A DNA stretch of 64,000 nucleotides from the human T2T-CHM13v2.0 reference genome, Homo sapiens, in the NCBI RefSeq assembly GCF_009914755.1, contig NC_060939.1. One strand, written 5' to 3'. Shown piece after piece: positions 13,001 through 25,036 of the stretch (positions within the stretch are counted from its first letter, which is position 1; every line of letters starts with the position of its first letter). The notes under the pieces are model-generated. The model made no database searches. It was not told the DNA's origin and saw only the letters and a list, made by a program, of their open reading frames with translations. Both the position numbers and the translations under genes were made by a program.

Positions 13001-16000
13001 CGTTCCATTTCATTGCATTCCATTCTATTCAACTCTATTGCCTTCCATTCCATTCCATTCGATTACATTCCATGCGATTCCATTCGAAATCGAATCAATT
13101 ACATTGCAATCCATTACTATTGAGTCCGTTTTATTCCAGTCCACTGCATTCTGGTCCATTCCATTTGATTCCATTCCATTCTATTCCATTCCATACAGTT
13201 GCATTCCATTGGATTCCATGCTATATCTATAAATTCAATTCGAGACCATTGCTTTTGAGTCCATTCTATATGATTCCATTCCATTCAAGTCCATTACATT
13301 TGGTTAAATTCCATTCCATTCGGTTCAATTCCATTCCATTCCATTCCCTTCCATTCCATTCCAGTTGATATCAATCCATTCGATTCCATTCCATTCGAGC
13401 ACATTCCATTCGAGTCCATTCCATTCGATGCCATTCCATTTGATTCTATTCCATTAGTCTCCATTCAATTCCATTAATCTCCATTCCATTCCATTCTACT
13501 CCAACTGATTCCATTCCATTCTATTCCTTTTTATTCCATTTCATTCCATTCCATTCCATTCCATTCCATTCCATTCGTGTCCATTCCACTCCAGTCCATT
13601 CCATTCGTATCCATTCCATTCCAGTCCATTCCATGTGTGTCCACTGCATTCCATTCCACTCCATTCCATATTATTCCATTACACTCCATTCCATTCTATT
13701 ACTTTCATTTCCATTCAATTCCATTCCATTTGATTCCACTCCACTCGGTTTCATTCCATTTGAGTCCACTCCATTCCATTCCATTCCATTCAGTTCCATT
13801 CCATTCTGTTCCATTCCATTCCGTTCCATTACATTCCATTCCATTCGGTACCATTCCATATTGTTCCATTCGATTCCATTCGAATCCATTCCATTCCAGT
13901 CCATTCCATTCGATTCCATTCCATTCATTTCAATTCCATTCCATTCCATTCCATTCCATTCCACTTGATTCCTCTCCATTCCCTTCCACTGCATTCCGTT
14001 CGATTCCATTCCATTGCATTACATTCCATTCCATTGGATTGCATTCCATTCGATTCCATTCCATTCGAATCAATTACATAGCAATCCATTACATTCGAGT
14101 CTATTCTCTTCCGTTCCATTCGATTTCGTTCCAATCCATTCGATTCCATTCCATTCGATTCCATTCCATACTATTGCATTCCATTCGATTACATTATATT
14201 CGAATAAGTTCCATTCAAGACCATTTCTTTTGAGTCCATTCTATTTGAGTCCATTCCCTTTGATTCCATAACATTTGAGTCCATTCAATTCCATTCCTTT
14301 CGTTTCCATTCCATTTGATGCCATTCCATTCAATTCTGTTCTACTCGACTCCAATACATTCAATTCCATTCCATCCGATTCCATTACATTCTTTTCATTT
14401 CTTATCCATTTCAAGCCATTCCACTCCATTCCATTCCACTCGTTTCCTTTCCATTCGAGTCCATTCCTCTCCAGTCCATTCCGTTCAATCCATTCCATTC
14501 CAGTCCATTCCATTCGAGTCCGTTCCATTCCAGTCCATTCCATTCGAGTCAATTCCATTCCATTCGATGTCTTTCCATAACGATCCATTCCATTCTATTC
14601 CTTTCGATTCCATTCTATTCTATTTCATTCCATTCGATTCCCTTCCATTGGACTCCTTTCCATTCGAGTGCATTCCATTCCGTTCCATTTCTTTCCGTTC
14701 TGTACGATTCCTACCGTTCAATTTCATTTTGTTCCAGTCCATTCTTTCGCGTCCATTCCATTCCATTTCACTCCATTCGATTCCATTCCACTCGATTCCA
14801 CTTCGTTCCATTTCATTGCATTCCATTCTATTCAACTCTATTGCCTTCCATTCCATTCCATTCGATTACATTCCATGCGATTCCATTCGAAATCGAATCA
14901 ATTACATTGCAATCCATTACTATTGAGTCCGTTTTATTCCAGTCCACTGCATTCTGGTCCATTCCATTTGATTCCATTCCATTCTATTCCATTCCATACA
15001 GTTGCATTCCATTGGATTCCATGCTATATCTATAAATTCAATTCGAGACCATTGCTTTTGAGTCCATTCTATATGATTCCATTCCATTCAAGTCCATTAC
15101 ATTTGGTTAAATTCCATTCCATTCGGTTCAATTCCATTCCATTCCATTCCCTTCCATTCCATTCCAGTTGATATCAATCCATTCGATTCCATTCCATTCG
15201 AGCACATTCCATTCGAGTCCATTCCATTCGATGCCATTCCATTTGATTCTATTCCATTAGTCTCCATTCAATTCCATTAATCTCCATTCCATTCCATTCT
15301 ACTCCAACTGATTCCATTCCATTCTATTCCTTTTTATTCCATTTCATTCCATTCCATTCCATTCCATTCCATTCCATTCGTGTCCATTCCACTACAGTCC
15401 ATTCCATTCGTATCCATTCCATTCCAGTCCATTCCATTTGTGTCCACTGCATTCCATTCCACTCCATTCCATATTATTCCATTACACTCCATTCCATTCT
15501 ATTACTTTCATTTCCATTCAATTCCATTCCATTTGATTCCATTCCACTCGGTTTCATTCCATTTGAGTCCACTCCATTCCATTCCATTCCATTCAGTTCC
15601 ATTCCATTCTGTTCCATTCCATTCCGTTCCATTACATTCCATTCCATTCGGTACCATTCCATATTGTTCCATTCGATTCCATTCGAATCCATTCCATTCC
15701 AGTCCATTCCATTCGATTCCATTCCATTCATTTCAATTCCATTCCATTCCATTCCATTACATTCCACTTGATTCCTCTCCATTCCCTTCCACTGCATTCC
15801 GTTCGATTCCATTCCATTGCATTGCATTCCATTCCATTGGATTGCATTCCATTCGATTCCATTCCATTCGAATCAATTACATAGCAATCCATTACATTCG
15901 AGTCTATTCTCTTTCGTTCCATTCGATTTCGTTCCAATCCATTCGATTCCATTCCATTCGATTCCATTCCATACTTTTGCATTCCATTCGATTACATTAT

Positions 16001-16077
16001 ATTCGAATAAGTTCCATTCAAGACCATTTCTTTTGAGTCCATTCTATTTGAGTCCATTCCCTTTGATTCCATAACAT
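7063..16077 (+). repeat. Subtype B units U4-U8 (5 x 1803 bp)
   Basis: The 203 aa/167 aa ORF pair marks the 1 bp deletion. The 20 bp duplication is present and spacing is a constant 1803 bp. Confidence 0.85.
8190..15910 (+). repeat. Two-unit (3606 bp) tandem duplication tract
   Basis: Variants recur exactly 3606 bp apart: catGtgtgtcc (~10029/13635), gcattAcatt (~10415/14021), ttcAatttca (~11114/14720), ccactAcag (~11788/15394). Boundaries are approximate. Confidence 0.85.
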
Positions 16078-19000
16078 TTGAGTCCATTCAATTCCATTCC
16101 TTTCGTTTCCATTCCATTTGATGCCATTCCATTCAATTCTGTTCTACTCGACTCCAATACATTCAATTCCATTCCATCCGATTCCATTACATTCTTTTCA
16201 TTTCTTATCCATTTCAAGCCATTCCACTCCATTCCATTCCACTCGTTTCCTTTCCATTCGAGTCCATTCCTCTCCAGTCCATTCCGTTCAATCCATTCCA
16301 TTCCAGTCCATTCCATTCGAGTCCGTTCCATTCCAGTCCATTCCATTCGAGTCAATTCCATTCCATTCGGTGTCTTTCCATAACGATCCATTCCATTCTA
16401 TTCCTTTCGATTCCATTCCATTCTATTTCATTCCATTCGATTCCCTTCCATTGGACTCCTTTCCATTCGAGTGCATTCCATTCCGTTCCATTTCTTTCCG
16501 TTCTGTACGATTCCTACCGTTCGATTTCATTTTGTTCCAGTCCATTCCTTTCGCGTCCATTCCATTCCGTTTCACTCCATTCGATTCCATTCCACTCGAT
16601 TCCACTTCGTTCCATTTCATTGCATTCCATTCTATTCAACTCTATTGCCTTCCATTCCATTCCTTTCGATTACATTCCATGCGATTCCATTCGAAATCGA
16701 ATCAATTACATTGCAATCCATTACTATTGAGTCCATTTTATTCCAGTCCACTGCATTCTGGTCCATTCCATTTGATTCCATTCCATTCTATTCCATTCCA
16801 TACAGTTGCATTCCATTGGATTCCATGCTATATCTATAAATTCAATTCGAGACCATTGCTTTTGAGTCCATTCTATATGATTCCATTCCATTCAAGTCCA
16901 TTACATTTGGTTCAATTCCATTCCATTCCACTCCCCTCCATTCCATTCCATTTGATATCAATCCATTCGATTCCATTCCATTCGAGCACATTCCATTCGA
17001 GTCCATTCCATTCGATGCCATTCCATTTGATTCTATACCATTAGTCTCCATTCAATTCCATTAATCTCCATTCCATTCCATTCTACTCCAACTGATTCCA
17101 TTCCATTCTATTCCTTTCCATTCCATTTCATTCCATTCCATTCCATTTCATTCCATTCCATTCCATTCGTGTCGATTCCACTCCAGTCCATTCCATTCGT
17201 TTCCATTCCATTCCAGTCCATTCCATTTGTGTCCACTGCATTCCATTCCACTCCATTCCATATTATTCCATTACACTCCATTCCATTCTATTACTTTCAT
17301 TTCCCTTCAATTCCATTCCATTTGATTCCATTCCACTCGGTTTCATTCCATTTGAGTCCACTCCATTCCATTCCATTCCATTCCATTCAGTTCCATTCCA
17401 TTCTGTTCCATTCCATTCCGTTCCATTACATTCCATTCCATTCGGTACCATTCCATATTGTTCCATTCGATTCCATTCGAATCCATTCCATTCCAGTCCA
17501 TTCCATTCAATTCCATTCCATTCATTTCAATTCCATTCCATTCCATTCCTTTACATTCCACTTGATTCCTCTCCATTCCCTTCCACTGCATTCCGTTCGA
17601 TTCCATTCCATTGCATTGCATTCCATTCCATTGGATTGCATTCCATTCGATTCCATTCCATTCGAATCAATTACATAGCAATCCATTACATTCGAGTCTA
17701 TTCTATTCCGTTCCATTCGATTTCGTTCCAATCCATTCGATTCCATTCCATTCGATTCCATTCCATACTATTACATTCCATTCGATTACATTATATTCGA
17801 ATAAGTTCCACTCAAGACCATTGCTTTTGAGTCCATTCTATTTGAGTCCATTCCCTTTGATTCCATAACATTTGAGTCCATTCAATTCCATTCCTTTCGT
17901 TTCCATTCCATTTGATGCCATTCCATTCAATTCTGTTCTACTCGACTCCAATACATTCAATTCCATTCCATCCGATTCCATTACATTCTTTTCATTTCTT
18001 ATCCATTTCAAGCCATTCCACTCCATTCCATTCCACTCGTTTCCTTTCCATTCGAGTCCATTCCTCTCCAGTCCATTCCGTTCAATTCATTCCATTCCAG
18101 TCCATTCCATTCGAGTCCGTTCCATTCCAGTCCATTCCATTCGAGTCAATTCCATCCCATTCGATGTCTTTCCATAACGATCCATTCCATTCTATTCCTT
18201 TCGATTCCATTCCATTCTATTTCATTCCATTCGATTCCCTTCCATTGGACTCCTTTCCATTCGAGTGCATTCCATTCCGTTCCATTTCTTTCCGTTCTGT
18301 ACGATTCCTACCGTTCGATTTCATTTTGTTCCAGTCCATTCCTTTCGCGTCCATTCCATTCCATTTCACTCCATTCGATTCCATTCCACTCGATTCCACT
18401 TCGTTCCATTTCATTGCATTCCATTCTATTCAACTCTATTGCCTTCCATTCCATTCCATTCGATTACATTCCATGCGATTCCATTCGAAATCGAATCAAT
18501 TACATTGCAATCCATTACTATTGAGTCCATTTTATTCCAGTCCACTGCATTCTGCTCCATTCCATTTGATTCCATTCCATTCTATTCCATTCCATAAAGT
18601 TGCATTCCATTGGATTCCAATCTATATCTATAAATTCAATTCGAGACCATTGCTTTTGAGTCCATTCTATATGATTCCATTCCATTCAAGTCCATTACAT
18701 TTGGTTAAATTCCATTCCATTCCATTCCCTTCCATTCCATTCCAGTTGATATCAATCCATTCGATTCCATTCCATTCGAGCACATTCCATTCGAGTCCAT
18801 TCCATTCGATGCCATTCCATTTGATTCTATTCCATTAGTCTCCATTCAATTCCATTAATCTCCATTCCATTCCATTCTACTCCAACTGATTCCATTCCAT
18901 TCTATTCCTTTTTATTCCATTTCATTCCATTCCATTCCATTCCATTCCATTCCATTCGTGTCCATTCCACTCCAGTCCATTCCATTCGTATCCATTCCAT

Positions 19001-19655
19001 TCCAGTCCATTCCATTTCTGTCCACTGCATTCCATTCCACTCCATTCCATATTATTCCATTACACTCCATTCCATTCTATTACTTTCATTTCCATTCAAT
19101 TCCATTCCATTTGATTCCATTCCACTCGGTTTCATTCCATTTGAGTCCACTCCATTCCATTCCATTCCATTCAGTTCCATTCCATTCTGTTCCATTCCAT
19201 TCCGTTCCATTACATTCCATTCCATTCGGTACCATTCCATATTGTTCCATTCGATTCCATTCGAATCCATTCCATTCCAGTCCATTCCATTCGATTCCAT
19301 TCCATTCATTTCAATTCCATTCCATTCCATTCCATTACATTCCACTTGATTCCTCTCCATTCCCTTCCACTGCATTCCGTTCGATTCCATTCCATTGCAT
19401 TGCATTCCATTCCATTGGATTGCATTCCATTCGATTCCATTCCATTCGAATCAATTACATAGCAATCCATTACATTCGAGTCTATTCTCTTCCGTTCCAT
19501 TCGATTTCGTTCCAATCCATTCGATTCCATTCCTTTCGATTCCATTCCATACTATTGCATTCCATTCGATTACATTATATTCGAATAAGTTCCATTCAAG
19601 ACCATTTCTTTTGAGTCCATTCTATTTGAGTCCATTCCCTTTGATTCCATAACAT
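16078..19655 (+). repeat. Subtype A units U9-U10 (1794 and 1784 bp)
   Basis: 308 aa ORFs at 16118 and 17912. There is no 20 bp duplication. Confidence 0.85.
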
Positions 19656-21473
19656 TTGAGTCCATTCAATTCCATTCCTTTCGTTTCCATTCCATTTGAT
19701 GCCATTCCATTCAATTCTGTTCTACTCGACTCCAATACATTCAATTCCATTCCATCCGATTCCATTACATTCTTTTCATTTCTTATCCATTTCAAGCCAT
19801 TCCACTCCATTCCATTCCACTCGTTTCCTTTCCATTCGAGTCCATTCCTCTCCAGTCCATTCCGTTCAATCCATTCCATTCCAGTCCATTCCATTCGAGT
19901 CCGTTCCATTCCAGTCCATTCCATTCGAGTCAATTCCATTCCATTCGATGTCTTTCCATAACGATCCATTCCATTCTATTCCTTTCGATTCCATTCCATT
20001 CTATTTCATTCCATTCGATTCCCTTCCATTGGACTCCTTTCCATTCGAGTGCATTCCATTCCGTTCCATTTCTTTCCGTTCTGTACGATTCCTACCGTTC
20101 GATTTCATTTTGTTCCAGTCCATTCTTTCGCGTCCATTCCATTCCATTTCACTCCATTCGATTCCATTCCACTCGATTCCACTTCGTTCCATTTCATTGC
20201 ATTCCATTCTATTCAACTCTATTGCCTTCCATTCCATTCCATTCGATTACATTCCATGCGATTCCATTCGAAATCGAATCAATTACATTGCAATCCATTA
20301 CTATTGAGTCCGTTTTATTCCAGTCCACTGCATTCTGGTCCATTCCATTTGATTCCATTCCATTCTATTCCATTCCATACAGTTGCATTCCATTGGATTC
20401 CATGCTATATCTATAAATTCAATTCGAGACCATTGCTTTTGAGTCCATTCTATATGATTCCATTCCATTCAAGTCCATTACATTTGGTTAAATTCCATTC
20501 CATTCGGTTCAATTCCATTCCATTCCATTCCCTTCCATTCCATTCCAGTTGATATCAATCCATTCGATTCCATTCCATTCGAGCACATTCCATTCGAGTC
20601 CATTCCATTCGATGCCATTCCATTTGATTCTATTCCATTAGTCTCCATTCAATTCCATTAATCTCCATTCCATTCCATTCTACTCCAACTGATTCCATTC
20701 CATTCTATTCCTTTCCATTCCATTTCATTCCATTCCATTCCATTCCATTCCATTCCATTCCATTCCATTCCATTCGTGTCCATTCCACTCCAGTCCATTC
20801 CATTCGTATCCATTCCATTCCAGTCCATTCCATTTGTGTCCACTGCATTCCATTCCACTCCATTCTATATTATTCCATTACACTCCATTCCATTCTATTA
20901 CTTTCATTTCCATTCAATTCCATTCCATTTGATTCCATTCCACTCGGTTTCATTCCATTTGAGTCCACTCCATTCCATTCCATTCCATTCAGTTCCATTC
21001 CATTCTGTTCCATTCCATTCCGTTCCATTACATTCCATTCCATTCGGTACCATTCCATATTGTTCCATTCGATTCCATTCGAATCCATTCCATTCCAGTC
21101 CATTCCATTCGATTCCATTCCATTCATTTCAATTCCATTCCATTCCATTCCATTCCATTCCACTTGATTCCTCTCCATTCCCTTCCACTGCATTCCGTTC
21201 GATTCCATTCCATTGCATTGCATTCCATTCCATTGGATTGCATTCCATTCGATTCCATTCCATTCGAATCAATTACATAGCAATCCATTACATTCGAGTC
21301 TATTCTCTTCCGTTCCATTCGATTTCGTTCCAATCCATTCGATTCCATTCCATTCGATTCCATTCCATACTATTGCATTCCATTCGATTACATTATATTC
21401 GAATAAGTTCCATTCAAGACCATTTCTTTTGAGTCCATTCTATTTGAGTCCATTCCCTTTGATTCCATAACAT
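19656..21473 (+). repeat. Subtype B unit U11 (1818 bp)
   Basis: Has the 1 bp deletion, the 20 bp duplication and a (CCATT)9 tract. Confidence 0.85.
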
Positions 21474-24400
21474 TTGAGTCCATTCAATTCCATTCCTTTC
21501 GTTTCCATTCCATTTGATGCCATTCCATTCAATTCTGTTCTACTCGACTCCAATACATTCAATTCCATTCCATCCGATTCCATTACATTCTTTTCATTTC
21601 TTATCCATTTCAAGCCATTCCACTCCATTCCATTCCACTCGTTTCCTTTCCATTCGAGTCCATTCCTCTCCAGTCCATTCCGTTCAATCCATTCCATTCC
21701 AGTCCATTCCATTCGAGTCCGTTCCATTCCAGTCCATTCCATTCGAGTCAATTCCATCCCATTCGATGTCTTTCCATAACGATCCATTCCATTCTATTCC
21801 TTTCGATTCCATTCCATTCTATTTCATTCCATTCGATTCCCTTCCATTGGACTCCTTTCCATTCGAGTGCATTCCATTCCGTTCCATTTCTTTCCGTTCT
21901 GTACGATTCCTACCGTTCGATTTCATTTTGTTCCAGTCCATTCCTTTCGCGTCCATTCCATTCCATTTCACTCCATTCGATTCCATTCCACTCGATTCCA
22001 CTTCGTTCCATTTCATTGCATTCCATTCTATTCAAATCTATTGCCTTCCATTCCATTCCATTCGATTACATTCCATGCGATTCCATTCGAAATCGAATCA
22101 ATTACATTGCAATCCATTACTATTGAGTCCATTTTATTCCAGTCCACTGCATTCTGGTCCATTCCATTTGATTCCATTCCATTCTATTCCATTCCATACA
22201 GTTGCATTCCATTGGATTCCAATCTATATCTATAAATTCAATTCGAGACCATTGCTTTTGAGTCCATTCTATATGATTCCATTCCATTCAAGTCCATTAC
22301 ATTTGGTTCAATTCCATTCCATTCCATTCCCTTCCATTCCATTCCAGTTGATATCAATCCATTCGATTCCATTCCATTCGAGCACATTCCATTCGAGTCC
22401 ATTCCATTCGATGCCATTCCATTTGATTCTATTCCATTAGTCTCCATTCAATTCCATTAATCTCCATTCCATTCCATTCTACTCCAACTGATTCCATTCC
22501 ATTCTATTCCTTTCCATTCCATTTCATTCCATTCCATTCCATTTCATTCCATTCCATTCCATTCGTGTCCATTCCACTCCAGTCCATTCCATTCGTGTCC
22601 ATTCCATTCCAGTCCATTCCATTTGTGTCCACTGCATTCCATTCCACTCCATTCCATATTATTCCATTACACTCCATTCCATTCTATTACTTTCATTTCC
22701 ATTCAATTCCATTCCATTTGATTCCATTCCACTCGGTTTCATTCCATTTGAGTCCACTCCATTCCATTCCATTCCATTCAGTTCCATTCCATTCTGTTCC
22801 ATTCCATTCCGTTCCATTACATTCCATTCCATTCGGTACCATTCCATATTGTTCCATTCGATTCCATTCGAATCCATTCCATTCCAGTCCATTCCATTCG
22901 ATTCCATTCCATTCATTTCAATTCCATTCCATTCCATTCCATTCCATTCCACTTGATTCCTCTCCATTCCCTTCCACTGCATTCCGTTCGATTCCATTCC
23001 ATTGCATTGCATTCCATTCCATTGGATTGCATTCCATTCGATTCCATTCCATTCGAATCAATTACATAGCAATCCATTACATTCGAGTCTATTCTCTTCC
23101 GTTCCATTCGATTTCGTTCCAATCCATTCGATTCCATTCCATTCGATTCCATTCCATACTATTGCATTCCATTCGATTACATTATATTCGAATAAGTTCC
23201 ATTCAAGACCATTTCTTTTGAGTCCATTCTATTTGAGTCCATTCCCTTTGATTCCATAACATTTGAGTCCATTCAATTCCATTCCTTTCGTTTCCATTCC
23301 ATTTGATGCCATTCCATTCAATTCTGTTCTACTCGACTCCAATACATTCAATTCCATTCCATCCGATTCCATTACATTCTTTTCATTTCTTATCCATTTC
23401 AAGCCATTCCACTCCATTCCATTCCACTCGTTTCCTTTCCATTCGAGTCCATTCCTCTCCAGTCCATTCCGTTCAATCCATTCCATTCCAGTCCATTCCA
23501 TTCGAGTCCGTTCCATTCCAGTCCATTCCATTCGAGTCAATTCCATCCCATTCGATGTCTTTCCATAACGATCCATTCCATTCTATTCCTTTCGATTCCA
23601 TTCCATTCTATTTCATTCCATTCGATTCCCTTCCATTGGACTCCTTTCCATTCGAGTGCATTCCATTCCGTTCCATTTCTTTCCGTTCTGTACGATTCCT
23701 ACCGTTCGATTTCATTTTGTTCCAGTCCATTCCTTTCGCGTCCATTCCATTCCATTTCACTCCATTCGATTCCATTCCACTCGATTCCACTTCGTTCCAT
23801 TTCATTGCATTCCATTCTATTCAACTCTATTGTCTTCCATTCCATTCCATTCGATTACATTCCATGCGATTCCATTCGAAATCGAATCAATTACATTGCA
23901 ATCCATTACTATTGAGTCCGTTTTATTCCAGTCCACTGCATTCTGGTCCATTCCATTTGATTCCATTCCATTCTATTCCATTCCATACAGTTGCATTCCA
24001 TTGGATTCCATTGTATATCTATAAATTCAATTCGAGACCATTGCTTTTGAGTCCATTCTATATGATTCCATTCCATTCAAGTCCATTATATTTGGTTCAA
24101 TTCCATTCCATTCCATTCCCTTCCATTCCATTCCAGTTGATATCAATCCATTCGATTCCATTCCATTCGAGCACATTCCATTCGAGTCCATTCCATTCGA
24201 TGCCATTCCATTTGATTCTATTCCATTAGTCTCCATTCAATTCCATTAATCTCCATTCCATTCCATTCTACTCCAACTGATTCCATTCCATTCTATTCCT
24301 TTCCATTCCATTTCATTCCATTCCATTCCATTTCATTCCATTCCATTCCATTCCATTCCATTCGCTTCCATTCCATTCATGTCCATTGCATTCCAGTCCA

Positions 24401-25036
24401 TTCCATTTGTGTCCACTGCATTCCATTCCACTCCATTCCATATTATTCCATTACACTCCATTCCATTCTATTACTTTCATTTCCATTGAATTCCATTCCA
24501 TTTGATTCCATTCCACTCGGTTTCATTCCATTTGAGTCCACTCCACTCCATTCCATTCCATTCCATTCCATTCAGTTCCATTCCATTCTGTTCCATTCCA
24601 TTCCGTTCCATTGCATTCCATTCCATTCGGTACCATTCCATATTGTTCCATTCGATTCCATTCGAATCCATTCCATTCCAGTCCATTCCATTCGATTCCA
24701 TTCCATTCCTTTCAATTCTATTCCATTCCATTCCATTCCACTTGATTCCACTCCATTCCCTTCCACTGCATTCCATTGCATTGCATTCCATTCCATTGGA
24801 CTGCATTCCATTCGATTCCATTCCATTCGAATCAATTACATAGCAATCCATTACATTCGAGTCTATTCTATTCCGTTCCATTCGATTTCGTTCCAATCCA
24901 TTCGATTCCATTCCATTCGATTCCATTCCATACTATTGCATTCCATTCGATTACATTATATTCGAATAAGTTCCATTCAAGACCATTTCTTTTGAGTCCA
25001 TTCTATTTGAGTCCATTCCCTTTGATTCCATAACAT
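21474..25036 (+). repeat. Subtype A units U12-U13 (1789 and 1774 bp)
   Basis: 308 aa ORFs at 21514 and 23303. There is no 20 bp duplication. Confidence 0.85.
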
